From assembly GCA_964276515.1 (NCBI GenBank), contig OZ193909.1, positions 19,096,001-19,160,000 of the forward strand: 64,000 bases of DNA. Reading direction: 5' to 3'. The translations under genes and the position numbers were made by a program. Origin of the DNA: Gordius albopunctatus. Taxonomy: Eukaryota. Shown here in pieces: positions 38,290 to 51,800 of the stretch (position 1 is the stretch's first letter; each line of letters begins with the position of its first letter). The notes beneath the pieces were generated by a model, which was not told where the DNA came from, did no database searches, and was given only the letters and a program-made list of their open reading frames with translations.

Positions 38290-41200
38290 ATATATAAATA
38301 AATAAATAAATAAATAAAAAAACTTGATATCTTGGTCCGTCACAACGCAATAAGCATAAAATACTGGATTATAGAGAATATCACTTCCCCGCAAATTTAA
38401 AAGCCCTAAATACAGTTTGAAAAAATACTTAAAACTTTTCGCAACTTTTTTTAAATTAATAATAATTATAAAGAAATATGAAATAAAATACATAAATTTT
38501 ATTTAAAAATATTTTATAAAATATAAAAATATTTAAATTTTTGTAATAATTCAAAAATTTGGAAAATAATTGAAATTTTACACATTATTTAATAATTTTT
38601 ATAATACATATTTTTATAAAAAAAATAAGTTATTACAGGCTATTTCATCGAGGCCAGTTATTAAAAAAGCGTATGAGGCCCCAACACCTAAGGTTGAAGT
38701 TAATTTCTGTCTTAAACCCGCAACTTTATTTTTCCATGTCTCACCTAAACATAAAAAAAGAAAATTAAATTTTAAATTTCCAAAAAAAGTTTTTCAAAAA
38801 TTTAAAAAATAAACCTGAAAATTTAGTTGGAAGAATAAATATTGAATTTTCAGTTCTTGTAGGCCTATTTGGCTGCAAATCATCCCAAACAACATCAATT
38901 AAATCTTTGGGCAATAATGTTACAGTATAATTTGTGCCCAAACTTTGTACTAGATTCTTCCAATAATCTAAAAATTATTAAAAGTAAATTTTAACATTTT
39001 TTTATATTTTTTATTTAATATTTTTTAAAAAATATATTTAAAACATTTTTTATCATTTTACTGTAGGAAACTATGTTAGCATATAAACCAATCTTTTGGG
39101 ATTTGACTAAATTTTGTTTTATCCAAGTTGTTATATTGGGAACACCAGGAAGACCTTAAAAAATATTTAAAATTTGAATTCCTATTTTGTTTATAAGTTT
39201 TGTAAAAATTGCTTAAATATTTTTTAAATTGTTTTATTTTTATATATTAAAAAAATAAAAATTTCAAATGGATTAGCAAAGTTTGTGCATTAAAATTTAC
39301 GTGAATTTTTATGATAAAAAGAAAATTTAAAAGGTTTGTTAATAACATTTTCTTAAATTTTAAAAAACATAAAATTCAATAAATACTAAAAAATATCAAG
39401 TTTTATATTTTAAATTAATTTTAAAGTTAGTTTAAATTATTTCTATTTTCAAGCAAAACTGATTCTATATAAAGATATACTTTTTGAAGAAATCAAATGC
39501 TTAAAAAAGGTTAACAAACTAGATTTTAGTTTAAATTTTAAAAGTAAACATTGATTTAAAAATTTTATTATTTAAAATCTCTTGAAACAATAAGGAATAG
39601 AATCTTAGCACTAACGTGTTATATTTTAATGTTTCCCGATTTTATTTAAATTATTAAAAGTAAAACAACTAAATTAAATTTTTTAATGATATGTATTGAG
39701 AATATTTTTTTATAAAATAATAATATATATTATTTCAAAAATTAAAAATATAGCTTATAAACGGAGAAAAAAAATAAATTTTTATTTTTACCCGATTTCA
39801 TGAGAGTCCAATATTTAGGATTTAATTCATGAATAGCTTGTAAATGATATCGCCCATCTGTCCATAATACTGCACTTTCTGCTGATATCAACGCTATTCC
39901 TAAGCAATTTTTTCCAGCAAATAATTTAAAATTTATGAAATTTTATTTCAAATTATATTTAATTTATTTAAAACTGAGATTTTTAGTGAATATTTTAACA
40001 AGAATTTGTTAATATTTAGAATATTAAATTAGAAATATATTTATTTTATTTTTTTATATTTTATTTCAAAAAAATGTAATTACCACTAGAACCAGTGAAT
40101 CCTGATATAAAAGTCCTCCTTTTATCAGCCTGGTTTACGAATTCGTTCTATATCATCGTAAAAATGCGCTTTAATTTTACATATAAAATAACAAAATAAT
40201 TCTGAGAATATTTGAACTACTAAGAAACTTTCTAAAATAATAAATAAAATAAATTTCTCAAAATAAAATATCTAAAACTTATTTAAATAAAGAAATATAA
40301 ATTATTATTTTTTTCAAATTTGGGGAAAAAACTTGATGCTCGTCGTTAGATGGGACGATATAGGCATCAATGCTTTTAATGGCCATGTATTTCCGCAATA
40401 AAGTTAATTTAACATCACTATCTTTAGAAGCTTCCTTTGACGCCACCTAGAAGTAAAATTATTTTATAAAATAATTATTATAAATTTTCTTTTCAAAAAT
40501 ATATTATAAAATAATTTTTAAAAATATCTAAAATTTACTTGATTTTTAAATTTTATTTGTTCAGATTTAGAGAGAAATAAAAATATACGAACTTTTTTCA
40601 AAATGTCTAAAAAAGTTTTTAATTGAAAATCAAATCTCAATAATGATTATGTTATAAAAATATAGGAAAAATAAACTTATTTCCTAATTAAATTAGTTAA
40701 TTTTTAAGAATAAATATATAGTTTTTGTTAAATTAAAATATAATAAAGCTAACTAGATGTTTGGAAATATCCGAAAACTTAGAACTTTTATCATATTCCT
40801 GTATAAAAGCCACTTTAATGCTAGGTTCATTTATAATTTCAGGCAAATATTCTTTCAATCTTTCAATTTTTTCACCATAAAATGGCTCTTCTGAATCAGT
40901 TCCAACTAAAGGAACGGGAGCAAGTAATCTCCCATAAACTATAATAAATTTTAAAAAATAAAATTTTGAAATAAAATAATAAAAATTTAAAAATAAAATT
41001 ATTTCATCAAAATATTAAAATTCTAATAAAATTTTTGTAAAAATAATATATCCACTTTCAGATTTTCCATTATTAAGAACGGATATGAAACAAATTATGT
41101 AATTTTCCTAAAAAATATCATGCAATTTTGGTCGAAAGCCAAAAAAATTAATTTCTAAAAAAGATTTAAATCCGAAAGTAATATATTATTTATTAAATTT

Positions 41201-41290
41201 CTAAAATATTTTTAAAAAATATTATTTACCTCCATGATTTTGTTGAAATATAATCAGGATTACTGTGAAAATTGAAACTTTATCGAACAT
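32611..41290 (-). CDS. Xaa-Pro aminopeptidase (aminopeptidase P, M24B; XPNPEP1/2 family) with signal peptide, ~21 exons
   Basis: Spliced translation: [125 protein letters not shown]. Last exon 32611-32763 ends NKGCILK*. Confidence 0.92.
32841..33336 (+). repeat. 37-bp tandem repeat, ~13 near-identical copies, in the last intron of the aminopeptidase gene
   Basis: Unit G(C/A)ATTTTTTAAATTTTCAACCCGAACTCGACCCGAAA, head-to-tail with no spacers. Confidence 0.97.
38239..38318 (+). repeat. (TAAA)n microsatellite, intronic
   Basis: Tandem TAAA units fill most of a short intron. Confidence 0.95.
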
Positions 41291-43661
41291 TGGATTTGGA
41301 AAGTAGCAGAAAGATTGTTTTTTAGACCTAAATGTAATTTTAAAAAAATTAATTTTTTAATATTGCGATAAAAACGTATTTTATGTAAAAGAATCTACTA
41401 ACTTCTATTTACTCATTCTTTTAACATTTAAACTTTTTTTGTAAAATAAATTATAAAAATGGAAATTACTTTCGATGGTATAAATTGTAGATGAATGATC
41501 AAAGATAAGATAAAGTAATGTGTAAATTTGATTTTATGAACTCAATAAAACGACATAAGGTAATTTTTTGCAGTAATTTTATGGTCATCTAGCTATTGCC
41601 AGCTGTTTTTATATGTCAACGACGCCTTATTATAAATTAAACACATAAAGGCGGAGGGTCGTCTCTAACTATGATTGACATTCCGAGAAAGAAATGGACA
41701 AATGATCGAATAATTCGACTTTGGATTGTAACAAATTGACTTTGTAAAACTCTGTCGTCATGCACTATTTGGATTGCTCATAGATTAATAATACACGTGA
41801 GATTGACGAACAGCTGATATAAGTATTAAACAAAGTATGATTAAAGGAAAAAATAATTCTTTAATCTTCTCATTATCATGGGCATAACCGGGGGGGGGGG
41901 GCAAGGAGGTGCGCCTGTCCCCCTCGAAATCCAATAATTTGCTAAAATTTATCAAAATTATGGCTTAAATTCCAAAAAATTATTTATTTATTAGTTGTAA
42001 AATATTTTAAAAAAAATTTCATAGGCAAGAAAAGTTTATACAATTAGATCTATTATTTTTTTAACTTACGCGATTTACTGAATTCACAGGACTTTACAAT
42101 CACATAATGCTGAACTGATGATAAAATCCAAGATGAAAAAGCAATATTATTTATCTAAAATAATTTCTCTACTGTTTCCACTAATTTTTTCCACAATTAC
42201 TCCAGGGGCTATATATATAATTAACAGGTTCGGAGGGCATTTAAAATTCTAAAAATGCATAAATTAAAAAGATAACATCCTAAGAATTAGATTTCCATAC
42301 AGAAGGATTAACAACTTAAGAAGGTCAAATTTTATTATGGCAAACATGCCGCAAAAATCAATAAATAAATAAATCATATTTGACAATATTTGATCAACAT
42401 GAGCCCTACTATCATCTTCATACTAATAATTCTCATAATACTTGCCTGGTAACATATAAACAAGGAATTACTCAAATTTTGCTTAATTTCATTAGTAATA
42501 AAAATGCAAAAAAAAATAAAATTGAAAAAATGTTTTATAAGGGAAAAAAGATGAAAATTGTATGCCAAAACTAATAACATCTGAGCAAATAACAGCATAG
42601 CCATGGGCAAATTTAAAGTCAAGACCTAAATAAAACATTTAGTTTTCAAGTCTTTATATAGTTTAGCTGAAACGTAAAAAATAACGCAAAATTATAGAAT
42701 AGCTGAGGTTGTTAGGCTATTATATTAAGCAAACCAAAAAAAAATTAAATACGGATATTAAAAATAAAGATATAAATAAATAAAGGAGGTTATATAGGGG
42801 TCTAAAATAAAAAAATTAATGAAATTAGGATTAATATTCTAATTAAATAACGTGTCTTAAAAAATTAGGTATTGATATAATTTTAAAATCCAAAATGGAT
42901 AACAAATTATTTAGCGCTCTTTTTAAGAATGACTTCATCAAGTGTTTGTAAATAAAAATCCACAAATTAAATCGGGGACAAATATAGATGACATCTATCT
43001 TTTAATAAAATTATTATAATCATTTTTAAAAATCAAACATAATATTTATTAGCCTTTGAAAACGCCATTTATTTTGGTTGTCCTTCCTGTAATGTCCAAC
43101 TCGGCTTTGCAGGAATCGCTATTCGAGTAAAAAATAAATAGACCAATGATTTTTTGCTCTATTTTTTTCAAGACCAAAGATTTTTTGGTCAAACCTTCGG
43201 GATATTTTCGCATCTAGAGTAGCTAATGAATGACCACTGGTTGGCCTTAATTTTTTCGACCTCGCCAGAATTTCATTCTTGTTTTTGGGCCCGACTCATT
43301 AGCTTTATTAATAACTATGCAATTTGAGGGCTTCCTGTCCAACTGGCTTTGCAAGAATCGCCATAGAAACTTATCCGGGTTTATGATTACAGTGTAAACT
43401 TATGTTTTTGGAAAAGACTCTGTAGTCTTGATTTCATATATATGCCTAACTCCTAAATTCCTCATTTCACTTACCAAAACTTCACTAAATTAAAAAGTGT
43501 TATTCCCACAAAAAGAGTATAAATTTTTCATAATTTTATTAAATTATAAAAAATAAAGGATTACAAATATAATAATACGCAAAGTATACAAAACAATTTA
43601 AAATAAATTTCAAGATAATTGCATATAAATAAATGTATAAAAAAAAGTAAAACATATTGAA

Positions 43662-46600
43662 TTAATATCTCATGATTTTTTTCAAAGCATCCAAACATTT
43701 CCATTTATCGGGCATGTAAAAGGGTTCGAATATCAATGGAAATGGCGTATCGTAGCCACAAACCCTCTCGATCGGAGCTTTCAAATTCAAGAAACATTCC
43801 TTCTAAAAGATGATGTTGAAATAAATCAAAAATTATACCATAAATTGTATAAATTAATCGCTATTTTTTGGGTTTATAATAAAAAATTACCATTATGGGA
43901 AAAAAATTTTTCTGACCCCGGCCGGAGCCCAACATCGGGGTTTTATTTTGGTGCCTCGACTGATTACCTTTGTAAATCTCGACTAATTTTATTTGAAGTT
44001 GAGAGCACGGGTCACCCAAAACCACTCAAGAAAATTTTGAAATGCTGTCGGGTCGGGTGGGTTCGGGGTAAAAGTGACTTTGCAGTTCTCTAATTTAAAG
44101 CTTGTCCAACTAGTTGCTTTTACGAAACTGGCTAAGTAATTGGCTAAATTTAGGAGGCAATTGCAAAAAAGTTGCTCAATCTCAAAATTTTGTCCCCAAA
44201 GTAGCTTCCCGCTCCGGCCCTTTTGGCAAGAAAGCATTGGCGTTTTTTAAATCGATAAGAAAGACATCCCCTAAAGCCAAATACTCGTCCAACTTTATTT
44301 TGCGTCAAAAAATGGCGGCTATATAGCGCTGAATATGATTATAAATTTTAACTCTGACACCACGTGGCTCTCGTTGGCTATTGAGGAATATGATGAATAA
44401 CTTTATTATTTACATCGTTTTAATCTCATTTATTGCATATTGCCTAAATCCTTTTTACCTTATAAAAGCATTTTAATTAAAACAAAAAAAACGCAATGTA
44501 TTATGTATTTATTACTTGTACGGTTGCAGCTATTTCAGCTCCGAACCCCGCAGTTAATGGGGCCTCGTGGGCTATCAAAAGCCGACCCGTTTTCGCTACG
44601 CTCTAAATATAAAATTAATAATAAATTGCCTCATTTTGGTATTAATTAAAGGAAATCCATGAATTTGGTGTGCAAAACATACATGTTTCGCGGCTTGTAA
44701 AAGCGTCTAATTTCATCGACTAAATTACCTATATGCCCTAGCTAGAGTTGTTAAATTGCTAACTTTCTTCACACTCCAGACGCGAGCACGCACACTGAGT
44801 TGCTTAATATGCGCGGTAGCACAATATGTGCTCGCTGTTTGGTGCACTAGGCGGAGCAGTAGCATGTAAAAATGCTCGAAGGCGGAGCAGAAACTCGAGC
44901 AGATGGTAGCTGGAGTTGAAGAAAGTTAGCAATTTAACAACTCTAGCCCTAGCTGTGCAAGACAATCGTAATCGTTGTTTTACATGCTTTATCCTATACA
45001 TTTTTTATGTTATTATGGTCAAATTTGGAAATTTTAACGAGCTAACCTTTTCCTTAATTTATGAGGAAAAACATGGATTTTACACCCTAATTTCCAAATT
45101 TTCAGTTTCAAAATCCATTGGTGAGGCTATAATGAATGACACTGTTTCTAAACTTTTCTACTTGAATTTTGAAAAGATTTGCCCCATTTTCTATATTCCA
45201 CATCTATATTTTTACTAGTGTCGTAAAAGGGCTGGATTTTGATTGGTCGACCTTTGGTTTTAGTTGACTAAACTCGAGCAGACCCACGGTTTTTGGGTCT
45301 TTCCTTCTCTTAGTCGAAATTTGAAAAGCAGACCGGAGTCGGCCGTTGGTCCTAGGAGAACCAAAGGTCGACCAATCAAAATCCAGCCCTTTTTACACAT
45401 ATATTTTGACGGTGTGTTACTTTGCAAATTGTATCGACGTCCCATGGGAGTATGGTTCTCAAATCTATAACTTCGCACGACATTCCGCCCATACCATATT
45501 CTGGCACGGTTGCAGCCATCTCGACAACTTCCAACATTACGTGTACCTGGGTGCCCCACGCTAGTAAAGTTACGTCTGAGCCTTTGTATGAAAAAATGGA
45601 AAATTTCCCCTTTCTTTTTAACTTGTAAGATTTTGATAATTTTAGTAAGAACATAGTCATTTGGCTATAATACAATTATTTTAAAATACTACAATTAGCA
45701 TATGCTAAGAAAGGGGACCAAGTATAGAAAAGTATTGGGCATGGAGGTGTGGGAGAAGGGAGGAAGAGAACGACCTCGTGTCACGTGGAAAGGGCAAGGG
45801 TGGACAAAGTTATGAAATATCTAAGAAGATTAATCAACACGTGGCCCCCTTACCCGATCAAGATGAAAGAAACGCATCAAAACAATCCCACGGCCCCGAC
45901 TGTATAAAAGGAACGTTATGTTCTTTTAAAAGAGGCCAGGAATCCGAGAAAGATTTAAAATCCAATTTTGCGATTTAAATGGCTAAAGAACTAATGACTA
46001 TAAACATGAGCTCAACATGAGAAAGTTAGCATAAGTTAGATACAACACTATAAGTCTTAAAGCCCGACCCGGTCCAATTCGGAATTACTTTATTTTTGTC
46101 ACTTTGCTTGCCTTTTCGGCCCGGCCGAGCTCAGTCGCTATAAAAATGCCGCTCAAAATTATCTAAAGGCCAAACTAGAACGTGCATTTTATAAATTGTT
46201 TTTTTTTGACTAGGATAATTCGTTTAAACTTTATACTAATAGGCCGGCCATTCCATGTCGAATTGTAGGAAAAAGTCGATTTTCCACAGACCATTTCAGA
46301 TTAGGGTTATTTTTGGTGAGGGTGCAGGCCTCTCGTATTTGAGTGATTTCTGAAAATTTTGACAATTTCGGACCTATACTTTTTAAGTTATGGACGTTTA
46401 AAGGGCCAAAATCACGGTCGGCCGCTTTTTTAGATTCTACTCTTTTTGCCTCATATTTTTGAAAGTAATGACGCTATTCACTTAAATTTTGGTGCAATTT
46501 GTTCCCCATAAAATTCTATATCGAAATAATTTAACAAAAAACCTACAACTTTTGCGGTTAATTTTTGCGATCAAATTTTTTAATGGAAACGTCTTTGAGT

Positions 46601-47997
46601 AACACAAACAAATAAATGCTTTTAAAAAACTAGGCACCTTGTTTAATAACATCTGCTTGGCCCAGAGGAATTGTGTATTCTTCCAAGGGCACATTCTCCA
46701 CCGCAGATCTATACAAGATTTTGGGTTCGTAAAATAAACAAGGATTTTGATCTTTTATACAAGACAGGAGTAGACCTTTGGTTTGTATGGGCCCTCTTGG
46801 TATAACCACCTAAAAGGAGACCAATAATTCTTTGTTCAAAACTTTATAAGTAATATAACTTAAAAATTTATAAAAACAATTTATATCTAGTAATAATACT
46901 TTTAGCATATAATTAAAGGCAAAACATTATTAGATCCTTAAAATATGAAATACTATTAGATTCTGTTATTATTTCATTTACATTAAACTTGAAAAGTATG
47001 CTCAAGAGATTATATTACTACACTACAGAAAAATACAAGTGCTAACATTTGTAAAATATTAATTTATATGAATATGTTTAAGCATTTTAAAATACTACCA
47101 ATTAACAAATTGATTTAAATTAATTTTAAATGCAAAAAATAATAAAATTAGCATTAATTTACCTTTAACCCAGCGGCATGGCTGAAAAAAGCTTCATTAC
47201 TTTGAGAATGGTAAAGTGCACCGTGGCCCACAGCTCCACATGGTGTTCTTATCACTAATTTACCACAATCAAAAGTCCCTCCTGACCTGTACCTATATTT
47301 TGCTGCTTCATTCACTATCTATATCAAAAAATACTTTTTAACATACCAGTTTTTATTAAAAATTACAAAAACTTTATTATAGAAGTGGTGATCATTTTAT
47401 ACAAAAGTAGCGAAAATTAAAGTTAAGAACTTAATATTATATTTAATCTTTGTATAACCTTAAATATATCATTTGCACAACACAATTATGTTTTTGTTTA
47501 TTATTTAATTACTTGGTCAAAAGCTGGCAAAATATAATCTGCAAATTGAATTTCAGCTATAGTAGTAGCTCCTGTAACTGCCACACCAATACCAAATCCT
47601 ATAATACCTTGTTCTGAAAGAGGGGTATTAAACACTCTGTCTTCACCTAAAAAGATAATTCATATCAATTGTGTATTATACCATATTTTTCTTTAAGCCC
47701 AGCTGTACATCTAAAAACACCACCAAACGCAATATCCTCTCCAAACACGACTGTTTGATCTTTATATGATATATAAAACTTTTTTACCTGCTGTTGGATC
47801 TTGTTTTAGTGTTAAATCTAATGTATTACATATGGATTGTACCATGTTCATCTGTTCTTGCGGTTTATCTAAAAAATTAAATTATATTTCTAAAAAGTAC
47901 CTTGCGAAATAGATTCAGGGTAATATTTTAATCGAGTGGAATATCTTCTTAATATCCCAATACAAAACTTCTGATATATAACACATGTTTTAAGCAT
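43662..47997 (-). CDS. BCKDHB: Branched-chain 2-oxoacid dehydrogenase E1 beta subunit, mitochondrial (9 exons)
   Basis: Exons 47901-47997, 47788-47868, 47682-47750, 47513-47646, 47163-47318, 46638-46809, 45421-45581, 44516-44602, 43662-43802. Motifs: [95 protein letters not shown]. Basic N-terminal presequence. Confidence 0.96.
44105..44491 (+). mobile_element. Short 3' fragment of a CRE retrotransposon in the last BCKDHB intron
   Basis: [23 protein letters not shown]...ILRQK matches the C-terminus of the 8552-11194 protein. A-rich tail at ~44478-44491. Confidence 0.75.
44743..44945. mobile_element. hAT MITE, intronic
   Basis: 29-bp perfect TIR TAGAGTTGTTAAATTGCTAACTTTCTTCA and exact 8-bp TSD GCCCTAGC. 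Confidence 0.93.
45216..45401. mobile_element. MITE (GGTCGACC family), intronic
   Basis: Inverted AAAAGGGCTGGATTTTGATTGGTCGACCTTTGGTT at both ends. Confidence 0.85.
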
Positions 47998-48802
47998 ATG
48001 ATTATGTGAATGAATATTAACATATGTTTTTTACAGCAGTGAAAGGAAGGAATATTATTTAATGTTTTTATCACATTGTAATAGGGCTGGACGGCACTTG
48101 AATGCTTTACCTGAACTACTGCAAGTCTTACTTCAATAGGCTTCATACGCATCTATAAAGATATAGACTTTGAGTCGTCCTAACCCCCGTAAACTTTGAG
48201 AAGAGCGACTTTTTGTCGGGGCGGTCCTGTATATATTATTTAATGTTCGTTAATATATTACTTATTTATCGAGGGTACTATTAAAACATAATTTTAACTT
48301 ATAGTAATAATTTCATAGTACTTAGCAATTCTCAATTAAATATTTAATATCTTAAGACAGTGCTTTAGGAACCCCGCATATTCCCGAAACCGCACAATCT
48401 CGAAACTACGATAAAGCTATGGCTACGATTTGAAATTACCATATGATATTTTTCAATTCGTTTCATTTTAAAATTTTTTAAATCTGAGCCCCATCTTATT
48501 ATACCACATAAAAGTATAATTTTTAGACATGGATTAATTTATTTATTTATTAGCATTGTCAACCTTAGCTATAACCAAGTTTCAACCACTGAATGAAATT
48601 TCACAGGTAACCTTATATAATAATCATATAAATTGTTGTATTAAGAGAAAATTGATTATAACTTGTTACCCCTTCAAGAAATAACTGATGCTAATATGTT
48701 ACACATTAACTAAGGAAAATAAATTATTTCAAGATTAGAAAATATGAAATCATTAGTTGAAGTTGTTGTAATCATTATTTTAAAAATGATATTAATAATG
48801 TT

Positions 48803-51800
48803 TGTAACGATTGTGTTATGTAAAAAAAATGTATGATGTAACATTTGTGTTTTGTAACGAAATGTAATTTTGTGGTTATGAAATTTCCTGTCATCGAATC
48901 GCGTATTTTCAAATTCGAATAAACTATCATATCGCTATATCTGGCGACGAGGATGGAATCTACAATAAAGACAGAAAATTCTATGAAGAACGAAGTGGAT
49001 ATTTCAAAAATTATACTCCTACCTTATTCCACGGATATTCCAATAGAAGAATACTTAGAAAATATGGAATATATTCTAATAGCCAAAGGAATATGCGCAA
49101 CACGGGAGATGCATTGAAGCAGATCTACAATTTCCCCGGAAAATCGAAAACGTGGATTGGGAGAAGATCATCGAAACATGTAAGACCATATTTAAACCTA
49201 GATCTAGTACGATGGCTTAACGATTAGAGTTTATTCGCCTTATGAGGTCAGAAGGCGAGTCGGTGTTAGGATTTACGAAACGATTGAAGGAAACGGCACA
49301 AGCGGCACAGTTTAATAATGATGTTGAAGAGCGCCTTCGGGACCAATTCGTAGCAGGAATTCGATTCCCGAAGTTGGAGGTCGAAATTCGGAGTAAATAT
49401 CTTAGGACGCTTGACGAAACAGGTAAAAGGTTAACTTTTGATAAAATTTTGGATATGTCTTTAGCATGGGAGACGGCAGAGAACGAGGTTAATTCCTTGA
49501 ATATAAATCGAATAAGGGATAACCGTAATGGTGCAGGTGTTAGTAAGGGCCAGACCGATTCCAACCGTACCGCCTCTAAATGTTTTCGTTGTGGTCGGTC
49601 ACACACTCGTAATCATTGCGCGGCAGCTACGGCAAAGTGTTATAATTGCAATAAGATGGGGCACTTTTCGCGAGCATGCAAGAATAAGAGGGTCAACCAA
49701 ATTTTTGATGATTGTGATGAAGAGGTTGGCGAAACTACTTCTATCAATTCAATTAAAAAAAATTACCGTAATAGAGCAACGATTGCTGCCACGTTAAATG
49801 ATGTGCCATTCCGTTTTGAATATGACACCGGCGCTCAGGTGTCGGTAATAAATGAGGAAATTTGGAATCACATAGGAAAACCTAAATTAAGGACAAAGCA
49901 TAATTTTACGGGGTATGGCCATCAAAAATTAAATGTAATCGGCGAAACAAGCGTTAAAGTGGGGCTAGGCAATAAGAGCAAATTACTACCTGTCGTCGTG
50001 ACAAAAACATCTGATACACCCTTATTTGGCTTGCCTTGGATATTAAATTTTGACTGTACATCCCGAAATGTGTCAAAATTTCTAAGGTTCAACAATCAGT
50101 AACTATTTTAAATCAAAACTCGAGTACCAAAATTGATAATCTAATAAAGAAATTTGCCGGAATTTTTTATGATCGACCGGGAGTCATAAATGGTTGTTCA
50201 GTTCGTATAAACGTTGAATCTTCAGCTAGTGGGAAGGTTCTACCGGCCCGTCGGGTGCCCTTTCCATTACGGGGCCCGATAGAAAAGGAATTAGATAGAC
50301 TCTTGGCGGCGGATATAATCGAAAAGGTCGAACCTTCTAATTGTCGGGTTGAATGGGCAACACCAACGGTATACGTTAGGAAAAATAGTGGGGATATTCG
50401 TATTTGTGGGGATTTTAGGGTCACATTGAACCCTTTTCTTCTTAAAGACTACCACATCTTACCCACATTTGATGATATTGTGGCAAAAATATCCGGGGGG
50501 AAAAAGTTTACGACGATCGACCTAAAGGATGCATACCTACAAGTGAGGGTGGATGAGCAATCCCAAAATTTTCTAATCATCAATACACATGTGGGCTATT
50601 ATCGCTACAAACGGTTGCCGTTTGGACTCGCCTCAGCACCAATACTATTCCAGAGATATATGGACGACTTGCTGAAGGATTGCAAAAAGACGGGAGTGTA
50701 CCTAGATGATGTGATAGTGACGGGTGAGAACGATGAGGAGCATTTCCGCAATTTAACAGTGGTATTATCGAGACTGAATAATGCCGGATTAAAAGCAAAG
50801 TTGGCGAAAGTTAAATTCTTAGAAGAGTCTGTGACTTTTTTGGGATTTCGTATAGACAAATTTGGCATACACCCAATGCCGGAGAAAATTCGAGCAATAC
50901 GAGAGGCACCGATTCCGCAAAACGTACAGCAATTAAAGGCCTTTTTGGGCCTGATAAATTACTATGAGAAGTTTATTCCCCATCTTCATAGTATATGCGC
51001 TCCGCTACATCGATTGACAAGTTCAAAGTGTAAGTGGACTTGGACACCAATAGAAGACGCCGTCTATAAAAAAGTTAAGACAATCTTAACTCATAAAGAC
51101 ACTGTTATTCCCTATTCAATGGATTTACCTGTAATCCTTGATTGCGACGCTTCAAATGATCGATTCGGAGCCGTTTTAATGCACCAACTTTCCAACGGGT
51201 TGGAAAAACCGATTACTTACGCGTCAAGGACTCTTTCAAAATCAGAAAAAAACTATGCCTCGATTGACAAAGAAGCGAGGGCATTGTTGTTTGGCTGTGA
51301 AAAATTCCACGCCTATATATTTGGAAGGAAGTTTACCTTGCGTACAGACCACAAACCTTTGGAGCGACTATTTGGCGGATATCAGGATACCTCCAAAATT
51401 GGCAACAATCGATTAATAAGGTGGTCGTGGAAGTTGTCTGCCTATGATTATAGTTTAGAATATCGACCTGGGAAAGAAAATTGCGTTGCAGATGCCTTGT
51501 CGCGACTACCCTTATCGGAAATTAACGAGGGGCTATCGGAAGATGAAAAAAATTTTACCTGCCTAAAGTCAATTACGCTAGAAGATTTACAGGTGTCGGA
51601 AAAAACAATCGCGAAGGAAACTCTTGGTGATAGCACGCTCAAGAAAGTCTTAATATATAGAGATCAAAGTTGGAATGTAAACAAAAATGCCGTCGGCGAA
51701 GATGTATTACCGTATTTCAATAGGAAAAGTGAATTATGTTCGGATAAGGGTATCATACAATGGAACGGTCGAATAGTCATACCAAAGACACTACGTAAAT

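Noticed and set aside
40540..41160. Extra exon-like segments (40540-40606, 41050-41155) in the aminopeptidase gene
   Set aside because: Phases or stops are incompatible with the flanking exons, and the model is open without them.
42063..42626. Hydrophobic ORF 42374-42622 and nearby exon-like block
   Set aside because: Low-complexity AT-rich translation; more likely 5' UTR exons of the aminopeptidase gene, but unverified.
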